A stretch of DNA of 64,000 nucleotides from Bacteroidaceae bacterium (GTDB taxonomy: Bacteria; Bacteroidota; Bacteroidia; Bacteroidales; Bacteroidaceae), in the NCBI GenBank assembly GCA_024398615.1, contig JAKSIU010000002.1, positions 10,036 through 74,035 of the forward strand. The letters run 5' to 3'. Shown piece after piece: positions 1-9,067 of this stretch. Position 1 is the stretch's first letter. Each line of letters begins with the position of its first letter. The translations under genes and the position numbers were made by a program. The notes beneath the pieces are model-generated. The model worked only from the letters and a program-made list of their open reading frames with translations, was not told the origin of the DNA and did no database searches.

Positions 1-1157
1 CTCTGGAAAAGGTTGGAGATTACAATCTGCGACCCTATCAGCGGGAAGACAAGGAAATTGACTCTCATGCCGTGACGGGAAATGGCTGCCAGTTCGGAAT
101 CGTTGGTGAAAATGCCTATGCACAGGTCCGGCATGAGTTCGCTGATCAGGAAACCGATTGTGGTGACAATGGTTCCGCAGAGCAGGGTCTTGTGGAATAC
201 GCTGAGCACACGTCCGTAGTGACGGGCACCGTAGTTGTAGCCGGCAATAGGCTGCATGGCCTGGGTGAATCCCATGACTGCCATCACGAACAGGAATCCC
301 ATGCTGTTGATGATGGAGTAGGCGCCTACGGCAATGTCGCCTCCGTATGACAGCAGGCCGCGGTTGATGAGCAGCACTACAAGGCATGCCGCCGCGTTCA
401 TGAGACAAGGTGAAAGGCCGATGGTCAGCATGTTGCGTACCAGATCCCCGCGCAGACGGAAAATGCCTTTCTCCAGATGGATCAGTTCGCTCTTGTCCGA
501 CAGCTGGGTGCATTGCCAGATGAATGCCAGCACCTGTGATATGACCGTAGCAATGGCCGCACCCTTGATGCCCCAATGGAATACCATTATGAACAGCCAG
601 TCCAGGAATGTGTTCAGCAGGACGGTGCCTATTGTGGCAGCCATGGCCTTGTTGGGCTTTCCTGCAGCCCTGAGGACGCTGTTCGTGCCCAAATAAAGAT
701 GCGTGAAGGTGTTGCCTATCAGAATGATGGTCATGTATTCCCTTGCATATCCTACTGTGGCTTCTGTGGCTCCGAACAGTTTCAGGATGGGGTCAAGGAA
801 CAGCAGTGCCAATGCACCGAAGGCGATACCGATAATCACGTTCAGGGTTATGGCATTGCCGAAAAGAAGCTGGGCGCTGCGGTTGTCCTTCTGTCCCAGT
901 TTGAGCGATATCATTGTACCTGAACCGACTCCCACCATTGAACCGAGTGCGGCCGACAGGTTCATGAGGGGAAAGGTAACGGCCAGGCCGGAAAGTGCCA
1001 TGGATCCTACGCCATGTCCTATGAATGCACGGTCAACTATGTTGTAGAGCGATGATGCCAGCATGGCGACAATTGCCGGTACGGCATAGCGTATCAGCAG
1101 TTTTCCAATATTCTCGGTCCCCAGTTCCTGGGGCGTTTTCAATTCTGCCATTTCCAT
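1..1157 (-). CDS. MATE family efflux transporter (C-terminal end runs off the window; absent from the ORF track because it is edge-truncated)
   Basis: Manual reverse translation from ATG at 1157-1155 gives MEMAELKTPQELGTENIGKLLIRYAVPAIVAMLASSLYNIVDRAFIGHGVGSMALSGLAVTFPLMNL... The frame stays open to position 1, with a typical MatE N-terminal signature and multi-TM character. The + strand ORFs listed here are shadow frames. Confidence 0.85.
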   Translation of the reverse strand, partial: MEMAELKTPQELGTENIGKLLIRYAVPAIVAMLASSLYNIVDRAFIGHGVGSMALSGLAVTFPLMNLSAALGSMVGVGSGTMISLKLGQKDNRSAQLLFGNAITLNVIIGIAFGALALLFLDPILKLFGATEATVGYAREYMTIILIGNTFTHLYLGTNSVLRAAGKPNKAMAATIGTVLLNTFLDWLFIMVFHWGIKGAAIATVISQVLAFIWQCTQLSDKSELIHLEKGIFRLRGDLVRNMLTIGLSPCLMNAAACLVVLLINRGLLSYGGDIAVGAYSIINSMGFLFVMAVMGFTQAMQPIAGYNYGARHYGRVLSVFHKTLLCGTIVTTIGFLISELMPDLCIGIFTNDSELAAISRHGMRVNFLVFPLIGSQIVISNLFQ

Positions 1158-1472
1158 TTTTCTGTTCAGCGTGCAAAGGTAGTGCTTTTTTTCTCAACAA
1201 AGTTGTAACCTTCCTTCTGATACTTGCGCAGGTATTCCTTCATTGATTGGAATGCACAAATGTAACAACCTGCCTTTGAAGGGTTTCCTTCAGAAGACGT
1301 CACAAAGATACAACCGCATTCAGCCAAAGTCAATAGTTGTTCCGGATTCCGTGCAGTCTTGTCCCGGATTCCGGATTCTGACTGGGCAAAATAATTTTCC
1401 CAGTTGGAAAAATAATCCGGCCCAGTTGGGCGCGTATTTTGAACCACCCGTAATTGGCGCCCCTTTTCCAAA

Positions 1473-1603
1473 CTTTCAGTTCTTTCAGTTCTTTCAGTTG
1501 TCAGTCACTCAGAGGAACATACCATATATGCGGGTTCTGAACTTTAAATATACACTACACTATAGTATCGTGTGAGTGACGACTGACAACTGACAACTGA
1601 AAG
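1473..1603. repeat. Imperfect inverted repeat built from short tandem units, flanking an AT-rich ~63 bp core
   Basis: Left arm 1473-1510 is (ctttcagtt)x3 followed by gtcagtcactc. Right arm 1574-1603 is gagtgacgac(tgacaac)x2tgaaag, the near reverse complement. Confidence 0.8.
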
Positions 1604-1882
1604 ACACAGTACCTTTTCCTGCCCCCGGAGTACCTGTAGGCGTGTTCTTAGGAAATCACAGTAATGTTCCACTACTGGATTCGTTGACTCTCACCACTGA
1701 AACGGTTGTCTTTTCACCTGGAAACAGTTGACGCTTGTACTTAAATACTTTACTCTTGTACTGAAATGCTGACGTTTTTACTGAAATGCCTGGCTCTTTT
1801 CCTGAAAAAGCTGCCGTTTCACCTGAAAGATTTCAACCATTTCGGCAATAAATCAGAGCCAATCCAGCATAATTTGCACGGC

Positions 1883-2142
1883 ATCGTGACAAAAACGCTA
1901 TGTTCCGTCACGATTGATTTCTTGAAATGGTTTACTGAACGGGTAGCTCGCGGGCGCACTTTCAAGCGCACAACGAAAAACCCGCTCAGGAGCCTTCTGG
2001 CGGGGGTACGCAGGTGCGAGCCATTTTCCATGTGTTGTGCCTTGCTATTGGCGCCAAAGCAATCGTGACAAAAACGCCATATTCCGTCACGATTGGTTTC
2101 TTGAAATGGTTCACCACGATTGCTCTTGATGAAATGGTTTAC
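1883..2142. repeat. Two ~53 bp direct repeats, each containing an 8-bp-stem hairpin, plus a third partial copy of the 3' motif
   Basis: Copy 1 (1883-1935) is atcgtgacaaaaacgctatgttccgtcacgattgatttcttgaaatggtttac. Copy 2 (2062-2114) is atcgtgacaaaaacgccatattccgtcacgattggtttcttgaaatggttcac. The stem is atcgtgac/gtcacgat. The cttga(tga)aatggtttac motif recurs at 2125-2142. Confidence 0.85.
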
Positions 2143-2172
2143 CGTCCACCACCTTCACTCACAGTCATGCTC

Positions 2173-2458
2173 CGGACTGGAAGGCAGCATTCGGACTGGA
2201 AGGCAGCATTCGGTGGAACGGAACCGCCACAACAGGACGGTGTGGCGGGGAATGGGACGGGCCATCGTGGAGTGACCGGAAAAGCGTGAAGGAACGAAGG
2301 CCGTAAAGGGCCGCGGCTGTCTGAGCGTAGCGAGTTCCGTGGACCCGGCCGCAGAGACGCGCACGCCGGTCACGGAACGCAAGGCCCGGCACATCCCCGC
2401 CATACCGGCCGTGGCGGTTCCGTTCCACCGCCAGAGTCGTGGCGGCTTCCGTTCAACC
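2173..2458. repeat. GC-rich foldback element: tandem 19-mers, a perfect 19-bp inverted repeat and extended imperfect palindromy
   Basis: cggactggaaggcagcatt occurs twice in tandem (2173-2210). ggtggaacggaaccgccac (2212-2230) is the exact reverse complement of gtggcggttccgttccacc (2411-2429). A degenerate second right copy lies at 2439-2458. The flanking inner sequence is also partly complementary (ggtgtggcgggga.../...tccccgccatacc, and gtgaccgg on both arms). Confidence 0.8.
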
Positions 2459-2505
2459 GCTGAAATCTGCGAAAGGTAATATTTCTGCAAGTGATTATTT
2501 TGTGC

Positions 2506-2513
2506 TACATTTG
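2506..2513 (+). promoter_or_regulatory. Candidate Bacteroidetes -7 promoter box (TAnnTTTG) abutting the antiporter start codon
   Basis: tacatttg is a perfect match to TAnnTTTG, and the ATG at 2519 lies 6 nt after the final G. No clear -33 TTTG sits at the canonical spacing. Confidence 0.35.
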
Positions 2514-2518
2514 CACGT

Positions 2519-4153
2519 ATGATGAATATGACCCTGTTTCTGATATTGCTGGGGATTGTGGTGCTGCTGTGCGTATGGCTGGATCACGTCTCCCTGCGCA
2601 TAGGTGTTCCGACCCTGCTCGCGTTCATACTGATGGGCATCGTGTTCGGAAACAACGGACTCTTCCCCATACATTTTGATGACCGCGACTTCGCCAGTGA
2701 GACCTGTACGGTGGCGCTCATCTTCATCATGTTCTATGGCGGTTTCGGCACCCGATGGGAAACTGCCCGTACCGTTGCCGTCGAATCGGGACTGCTGGCA
2801 AGTGTCGGCGTGGTTCTGACCGCAGGACTCACCGGACTGTTCTGCCATCTTGTGCTGGGATGGGGCTGGAACGAATCCCTGCTGCTCGGTGCCGTGGTCA
2901 GTTCGACCGATGCTGCATCGGTCTTTTCAATACTGAGGGGACGGAAACTGGGACTGAAGGCAGGAACCGCTCCGCTGCTTGAGGTCGAGAGCGGAAGCAA
3001 CGATCCGTTCTCATATATGCTGACTGCCATTATGATGGAGGTGTGCCGCGGAAATGCCACCGGCGGACAGATGGCGTGGATGCTTGTGGCCCAACTGGTT
3101 TTCGGCGCATTGCTGGGATGGGCTGTAGGCCGCGGGGCGGTACATGTCATGTCACGGATGAAACACCAGTCGTCATCATACGCTTCACTGTTCGTGCTGG
3201 GTGTTGCGGTGCTGTCGTACGCACTGCCTGATCTGGTGGGCGGAAACGGCTACCTGAGCGCATATCTGGCCGGAATAATAATGGGCAATGCCGACCTCAG
3301 GTTCAAGAAGGATCTCGTGGCCTTCTTTGACGGCCTTACGGGATTCATGCAGGTGATAATATTCTTCATGCTGGGCTTGCTGGCACGCCCGGCAATGCTT
3401 CACAAGGCCATACTTCCGGCACTTGCAATATTCGTGTTCATGCTGGTCCTGGCACGTCCTGCTGCCGTGAATGCCGTGCTGACGTTCTTCCGCAAAGGCG
3501 GCCGGTACAGTCTCAGACAGCAGGCCCTCATATCGTTTGTCGGTCTGAGGGGGGCTGCGTCGATCGTGTTTGCCATTTTCGCCACATCGGATCCGGCTGT
3601 GATCCAGGAACATGACATCTTCAATATAGTGTTCTGTCTGGTACTGCTGTCAATTTCGCTGCAGGGTACGCTTATCCCGTTCGTTGCCGGCAAACTGGAT
3701 ATGACCGATGACGGAGAAGATGTGATGAAAACCTTCAACGACTTCACGGACAATACCAATGCCCAGTTCAGCCGTATAGACATAACAGGCGGCAGTTCAT
3801 GGGACGGAAAGGCTGTGAAGGATCTGGGACTTCCGCGCAATATCCTGATTGTCATGGTGGTGCGTGGCGAGCAGAGAATCCAGCCTCGTGGGGATACTGT
3901 ACTTGAGGCCGGAGACCGTGTCGTGATAATCACGAAATCGTTTGAGGACAACCGCAACTATCTTGAAGAGCATACAGTCAAGGAAAACGGACGGTGGAAA
4001 GGCCGGCGCTTGAAGGATTATGACCGTGATGACCGTGGTGTGGTGGTGATGATAAAACGTGGCGAAACCAATATAATACCCAATGGCGAGACGGTACTTG
4101 AGGCCGGTGACAGGATAGTGCTTTGCCACATAGAACAGGAACAGCAGGAATGA
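2519..4153 (+). CDS. Potassium/proton antiporter, CPA1 NhaP2/CvrA type with two C-terminal TrkA-C (RCK_C) domains
   Basis: 544 aa. The N-terminal part is a ~12-TM Na_H_exchanger-like region (GGFGTRW, SSTDAASVF, ESGSNDP). The C-terminal part has duplicated GDRVVIIT/GDRIVL RCK_C-like segments. Confidence 0.85.
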   Translation: MMNMTLFLILLGIVVLLCVWLDHVSLRIGVPTLLAFILMGIVFGNNGLFPIHFDDRDFASETCTVALIFIMFYGGFGTRWETARTVAVESGLLASVGVVLTAGLTGLFCHLVLGWGWNESLLLGAVVSSTDAASVFSILRGRKLGLKAGTAPLLEVESGSNDPFSYMLTAIMMEVCRGNATGGQMAWMLVAQLVFGALLGWAVGRGAVHVMSRMKHQSSSYASLFVLGVAVLSYALPDLVGGNGYLSAYLAGIIMGNADLRFKKDLVAFFDGLTGFMQVIIFFMLGLLARPAMLHKAILPALAIFVFMLVLARPAAVNAVLTFFRKGGRYSLRQQALISFVGLRGAASIVFAIFATSDPAVIQEHDIFNIVFCLVLLSISLQGTLIPFVAGKLDMTDDGEDVMKTFNDFTDNTNAQFSRIDITGGSSWDGKAVKDLGLPRNILIVMVVRGEQRIQPRGDTVLEAGDRVVIITKSFEDNRNYLEEHTVKENGRWKGRRLKDYDRDDRGVVVMIKRGETNIIPNGETVLEAGDRIVLCHIEQEQQE

Positions 4154-5238
4154 GGGTATTGGTTGGAATGAGCGGAGGCGTGGACAGCACGGCAGCCTGT
4201 CTGATGCTTAAGGAACAGGGCCATGAGGTTCTGGGACTGACCATACGCAACAACGACATCGGACTTGCTGACAGCAGTGGCTGTGACGAACCGGCATACG
4301 TCAGCGATGCACGTGTTCTGGCCGGGAAACTTGGCATGGAACATCATGTTGCCGATGAGAGGGAACGCTTTGAACGTGATGTGGCCGCTCCTTTTGTCCG
4401 CTCATGGCTTGACGGTATGACGCCGAACCCATGCATAGAATGCAATCCGCGTTTCAAGTTCAGGGTTCTGACGGAGTGGGCCGGACGCCTTGGATGTGAT
4501 ATGATAGCCACCGGACATTATGCAGGCATTGTCTGCCATGACGGTTCATATTATGTGTCACGAGGAGCCGATGGTCTCAAGGACCAGAGCTATTTCCTCT
4601 GGAAACTGCCACAGAGCGTGCTGTCGCATACGTTATTCCCGCTTGGAGGAATGACAAAGGGACAGGTTCGGGCGCTTGTAGGTGAAAGCGGCATTGACAT
4701 ACCGTCACGTGAAAGCATGGAGATATGCTTCATTGAAGACGATTACCGCAGTTATCTGCGCAGGCGCATGCCTGACATTGACAGCACCATAGGTCCGGGC
4801 AAGTTCGTGGACAGCGAAGGTCATGTGATAGGTACTCATGACGGCTATCCTTTCTATACGATTGGACAGAGAAAGGGACTGAGGGTCGCATTCGGCGAGC
4901 CCAGATATGTGATACGCACCAATCCGGCCAGAAATACCGTGATGCTGGGATTGCCGGAACAGCTCAATGCCGACAGCATGCTTGTGGGGAACCTGTCCTT
5001 TACCGGCATGGAGCCGGATACCGTTCCGCAGGGTGACATGGAGGTCATGATACGCTATCATGGCCGTCCAGTACCATGCCATATTGGAAATGCCGTTGAA
5101 GGCGGCCGTTTTCTGGTGCATTTCCACGAAACGGTCCAGGCGGTAACTCCCGGGCAGTATGCCGTGTTCTATCGTGGCGACAGGGTCATAGGAGGTGCGG
5201 AAATAGTCAGTCAGAGGGGAATCAACCAATATCTTTAA
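4150..5238 (+). CDS. mnmA: tRNA 2-thiouridine(34) synthase MnmA
   Basis: MRVLVGMSGGVDSTAACLML is a PP-loop motif, and CIECNPRFKF and DQSYFL are also present. The likely start is the ATG at 4150, which overlaps the upstream stop (ATGA). Confidence 0.9.
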   Translation: MRVLVGMSGGVDSTAACLMLKEQGHEVLGLTIRNNDIGLADSSGCDEPAYVSDARVLAGKLGMEHHVADERERFERDVAAPFVRSWLDGMTPNPCIECNPRFKFRVLTEWAGRLGCDMIATGHYAGIVCHDGSYYVSRGADGLKDQSYFLWKLPQSVLSHTLFPLGGMTKGQVRALVGESGIDIPSRESMEICFIEDDYRSYLRRRMPDIDSTIGPGKFVDSEGHVIGTHDGYPFYTIGQRKGLRVAFGEPRYVIRTNPARNTVMLGLPEQLNADSMLVGNLSFTGMEPDTVPQGDMEVMIRYHGRPVPCHIGNAVEGGRFLVHFHETVQAVTPGQYAVFYRGDRVIGGAEIVSQRGINQYL

Positions 5239-5251
5239 TACCATATCAGCT

Positions 5252-6475
5252 ATGAAATCATATACGTTGCTTGAACTGAACAGCTTTGTGAAGGGTGCTC
5301 TGCGCTCGGCTCTGCCCGATGCATACTGGGTCCAGGCCGAAATCAGCAGTATCAATCCGTCCGGGCACTGCTATCTGGAACTGGTCCAGAAGGATGAATC
5401 GGGGCGGACATTCCTTGCCAAAGCCAAGGCGAATATCTGGAGAAACACATGGATTGTTCTCAAGGCAAAGTTCGAACGGGCCACAGGGCAGACTCTGGCA
5501 GTAGGAATGAAAGTCATGATATTGGCATCGGTGACCTTTCATGAATTGTACGGATACTCTCTGGTGGTCAATGACATAGACCCCACATACACCATGGGCG
5601 ATATGGCCAGACGCCGCAGGGAAATAATTGAAAGGCTCAAGGCCGATGGAGTCATTGACCAGAACCGCAGTCTGGAACTGTCTCCTGTACCGCAGCGCAT
5701 AGCCGTGGTGTCAAGCGCGACCGCTGCCGGATATGGTGACTTCTGCAATCAGCTGGAGGGGAACATGTACGGATTCGTGTTCTACCACAGGCTGTTTCCC
5801 GCACTCATGCAGGGCGATCAGGTTGAAAGCAGCGTGATATCGGCCCTTGATGAAATTGCGGCACGAAGGGATTCGTTCGATGTCGTGGTGATTATCCGTG
5901 GCGGAGGTGCAGTGAGTGAACTCAGCTATTTCGATTCATATGATCTGGCATCGAATATAGCGAATTTCCCGCTTCCGGTCATTACCGGAATAGGGCATGA
6001 ACGTGACGATACGGTCTGCGATCTGGTGTCTTACGAAAAGGTCAAGACCCCGACTGCCGCCGCCGAGTTCCTTATCAACAGGGTCTATGTGGCGGCCATG
6101 GCGCTCGAGGAACAGGCACGCAGACTGGGCGAATCGGTCAGCGGACGCATGACCCGGGAAAATCAGAGAATACAGCTTCTGTCCCAGAAACTGCCTTCGC
6201 TGTTCACCGTCCTGAAAGTCAGACAGGAGGGAATCCTGGAGACTTCGCTCAAGAGAATCCAGGTCGGACTCAAGAATATGTTCACCGGGCAGAACCACAG
6301 ACTGGAGCTGATGGAGAAGTCGCTTGAGGCGGCCGATCCTGCACTGATACTGAAACGCGGCTTTTCGCTCACGTCATGTAACGGACGTGTTGTCAGGGAT
6401 GCCGGTGACTTGAAACCGGGCGACCTGCTTGTCACCATGTTGGGAAACGGAAAAGTGGAGAGTGAAGTGAAATGA
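5252..6475 (+). CDS. xseA: Exodeoxyribonuclease VII large subunit
   Basis: 407 aa with an N-terminal OB fold (YWVQAEISSINPSGHCYLELVQKD), IIRGGG and GIGHERD motifs. Confidence 0.9.
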   Translation: MKSYTLLELNSFVKGALRSALPDAYWVQAEISSINPSGHCYLELVQKDESGRTFLAKAKANIWRNTWIVLKAKFERATGQTLAVGMKVMILASVTFHELYGYSLVVNDIDPTYTMGDMARRRREIIERLKADGVIDQNRSLELSPVPQRIAVVSSATAAGYGDFCNQLEGNMYGFVFYHRLFPALMQGDQVESSVISALDEIAARRDSFDVVVIIRGGGAVSELSYFDSYDLASNIANFPLPVITGIGHERDDTVCDLVSYEKVKTPTAAAEFLINRVYVAAMALEEQARRLGESVSGRMTRENQRIQLLSQKLPSLFTVLKVRQEGILETSLKRIQVGLKNMFTGQNHRLELMEKSLEAADPALILKRGFSLTSCNGRVVRDAGDLKPGDLLVTMLGNGKVESEVK

Positions 6476-6503
6476 ACCATAACGGAACACAAATAAGGAA
6501 TAT

Positions 6504-6686
6504 ATGAAGTACGAGGAAGCAATGAAACGTCTGGAAGAGATTGTCGGCCAGATTGAAGAGGGCAAACTGGATATCGATATGATAACCGAGCGCCTGAAAG
6601 AGGCCAGGACACTGATCAGGTTCTGCCGTGACAGACTTTATGAGACCGATGAAGAGGTAAGGAAAATAATGGAATCAGAAGAATAA
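6504..6686 (+). CDS. xseB: Exodeoxyribonuclease VII small subunit
   Basis: 60 aa starting MKYEEAMKRLEEIV, a helical hairpin protein immediately downstream of xseA. Confidence 0.85.
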   Translation: MKYEEAMKRLEEIVGQIEEGKLDIDMITERLKEARTLIRFCRDRLYETDEEVRKIMESEE

Positions 6687-6695
6687 ATAAGAAGT

Positions 6696-7502
6696 ATGAA
6701 AAAGTTCTTGAATCTTGTTGCGGCACTTCTGCTGGGAGTGGCTGTGACTTCTTGCAGTACGGTAGCCTTTACCGGAAGAAACAGACTGCTGCTCTATTCG
6801 GACAGTGACATCTTCAACATGTCAGACCAGTCGTATATGGAGCTGATGGCAACATCGGTACGCTCAAGTGACACGAAACGGACCGTTACTGTCAGCGAGG
6901 TGGGCAAGCGCATGACATCGGCCCTCAAGACATATCTGGCCAGCGTGGGACAGGAGGACGTCCTTGCCGGAATAAGCTGGAGCTTTGACCTTATCAAGGA
7001 CAGGGAAGTCAATGCATTCTGTCTTCCCAACGGCCGTGTCGTCTTCTATGAAGGCATCATGCCTATGCTGGAAACTCCGGATATGGTCGCAGTGGTCATG
7101 GGACATGAAATGGGCCACGTCATAGCCCGTCACGGCAATGAGCGTATGTCGAAACAGGCTCTGTTGAGTCTTGTCGGTACGGTTGCCAGCGGTGCGGTCG
7201 GTCAGACGGTGTCTCCTGACGCCCAGTCCCTGTTTGAAGCCGCATTCTCAGTGGGCAGCGAGTATGGCTACCTGCTTCCATTCTCCAGAAAACAGGAGTA
7301 TGAGGCCGATGAGATTGGCCTGTATCTGATGGCGATAGCCGGCTATGACATAAGCCAGGCACCTCTGCTGTGGGCCAGAATGGCGCAGAACGGGTCAGCA
7401 TCGGTTCCGGAATACATGAGCACCCATCCGAGTGACGAGAACCGCATCAACCATCTGATCAAACTTCAGGACAAGGCGAAGAAATATATTGCAAAACATT
7501 GA
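6696..7502 (+). CDS. M48 family metallopeptidase lipoprotein
   Basis: Lipobox LGVAVTSC, HEMGH zinc motif and a downstream EYEADEIG glutamate ligand region. Confidence 0.8.
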   Translation: MKKFLNLVAALLLGVAVTSCSTVAFTGRNRLLLYSDSDIFNMSDQSYMELMATSVRSSDTKRTVTVSEVGKRMTSALKTYLASVGQEDVLAGISWSFDLIKDREVNAFCLPNGRVVFYEGIMPMLETPDMVAVVMGHEMGHVIARHGNERMSKQALLSLVGTVASGAVGQTVSPDAQSLFEAAFSVGSEYGYLLPFSRKQEYEADEIGLYLMAIAGYDISQAPLLWARMAQNGSASVPEYMSTHPSDENRINHLIKLQDKAKKYIAKH

Positions 7503-7521
7503 TCAACTAACTCTTTAGAAC

Positions 7522-8685
7522 ATGAAATCATTCAGAATGACGGTCTGCGCCCTGGCAGTTGCCATGTGCGCCAATGTCCAGGCTCAGGAAAAGGGCCTGA
7601 AGGATGCCTACAAGGATTACTTTTCAGTAGGTGTCGCAGTCAACATGGGTAATCTGAGAAACCAGAAGCATGTTGACATTGTCTTGAACAACTACAACAG
7701 CATCACTGCCGAGAATGACTTCAAACCGCAGTCAGTCCAGCCCAGTGAGGGCCAGTGGAATTTCAGGAATGCCGATGCCATTGCCGATTTCTGCCGTGAG
7801 CATGGAATCAAGCTCCGCGGCCACTGTCTTGCATGGCACAATCAGGTGGGACACTGGATGTTCCAGGGTGCCAATGGCGGTCAGGCCACCAAGGAAGAGC
7901 TTTATGCCCGCATGAAGACACATATCACCACGGTCATGCAGCGTTACAGCGATATCATCTACTGCTGGGATGTCGTGAACGAAGCTGTTACCGATGATGC
8001 CAATGCAACCGATCCTCTGCGTCCCTCACAGTGGAAGTCAATAGCCGGCGGTGACGAATTCATCCGCAAGGCTTTCCAGTTCGCGCGTGAGGCCGATCCC
8101 AACGCTCTGCTGTTCTACAACGACTACAATGCGGCCGTTCCGGCAAAGCGTGACAAGATCTACAATATGGTCAAGGAGATGAAGGCTGCAGGTGTACCCA
8201 TTGACGGTATCGGAATGCAGGGCCATTTCAATGTATATGATCCGTCACTGGAGGACATTGAGGCTGCCATCGTGAAGTATTCTGAAATCGTTGACCATAT
8301 CCAGTTCACTGAACTTGACATCCGTCTTAACCGTGAAATGGGCGGTGGCCTGAACATGAACCGTCAGGGTGAAGAACTCACTGAAGAGAAGCAGAAGATG
8401 TTCGACGACAAATATACCGGCTTCTTCGAGGTACTGCGCCGTCATGCCGATGTCATTGACGTTGTGACATTCTGGAACGTGACCGATGCCGATTCATGGG
8501 TAGGCGTATCCAATTATCCTCTGCTGTTCGACAAGAACTCAGAAGCGAAGTCCACTTATTATAAGGTACGTGATTTCACACCGACCAAGGAAGAGGAGAA
8601 GGCCGCAAAGCTGTCAGTGAAGAAGGCTGCCAACGAGGCTGCCGATGCCAAAGCCGCCCTTGCCCAGAAGAATTTCAAGAAATAA
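7522..8685 (+). CDS. Glycoside hydrolase family 10 endo-1,4-beta-xylanase (secreted)
   Basis: Signal peptide; WDVVNEA (acid/base Glu) and FTELDIR (nucleophile Glu) GH10 motifs; unusual Lys/Ala-rich C-terminal tail. Confidence 0.85.
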   Translation: MKSFRMTVCALAVAMCANVQAQEKGLKDAYKDYFSVGVAVNMGNLRNQKHVDIVLNNYNSITAENDFKPQSVQPSEGQWNFRNADAIADFCREHGIKLRGHCLAWHNQVGHWMFQGANGGQATKEELYARMKTHITTVMQRYSDIIYCWDVVNEAVTDDANATDPLRPSQWKSIAGGDEFIRKAFQFAREADPNALLFYNDYNAAVPAKRDKIYNMVKEMKAAGVPIDGIGMQGHFNVYDPSLEDIEAAIVKYSEIVDHIQFTELDIRLNREMGGGLNMNRQGEELTEEKQKMFDDKYTGFFEVLRRHADVIDVVTFWNVTDADSWVGVSNYPLLFDKNSEAKSTYYKVRDFTPTKEEEKAAKLSVKKAANEAADAKAALAQKNFKK

Positions 8686-8713
8686 ACAGGTTTTTTAATT
8701 TCCTGTTTCTGCC

Positions 8714-8750
8714 AACAATCCGGCCATTCTGGTCGGATTGTTTTCGTTTG
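8714..8750 (+). terminator. Rho-independent terminator candidate after GH10
   Basis: Stem aacaatccg (8714-8722) pairs with cggattgtt (8734-8742), followed by ttcgttt. Confidence 0.6.
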
Positions 8751-9067
8751 TCCGCGGCATTGGTAAAACGTCGGTAAATATTTGTAATTGAGGAAAATAG
8801 GGGCTTAATTTGTAACAACTATCATTATTAGCTAACCAAATTACTGACTGTTTATGAGACTTTTGACAAAGTTCATCAGCGGTGTGTCTAAAACGGAAAA
8901 ATGCCCTATGTTTGTAAAAGGAAAAAAAGTAACATTAAATTTGCTTATTTAGGAAAAAAGGTCCTAATTTGCATTGGTTGCAGTTCCTTGTGATTGCAAT
9001 GGAATGGACATTTGAATTGTAACTCTTTATTATTAACTAATTAACTAACCAAAAACTCATTGTTTTT

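Noticed and set aside
1166-1471. 101-aa minus-strand ORF ending 8 nt upstream of the MATE start, with a CxC...CxxC pattern near its C-terminus.
   Set aside because: The N-terminal two thirds run through oligonucleotide repeats (ccggattc, cccagttgg) and do not look protein-like. There is no recognisable family. A short real zinc-ribbon peptide cannot be excluded but is unsupported.
1473-2210. Possible CRISPR array, suggested by the many short repeats.
   Set aside because: Repeat units are 7-19 nt or 53 nt, with no regular repeat-spacer periodicity and no cas genes in the window.
1243-2490. ORFs inside the coding desert (1243-1575, 1766-2068, 2014-2289, 2155-2490, 2165-2428).
   Set aside because: They are composed of repeat-derived sequence with no start context or family resemblance, and overlapping frames occur on both strands.
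8792-8975. taatttg motifs upstream of susC as -7 promoter boxes.
   Set aside because: They read TA-n-TTTG or TAnnTTG, one position off the TAnnTTTG consensus, so they are not called as promoters.
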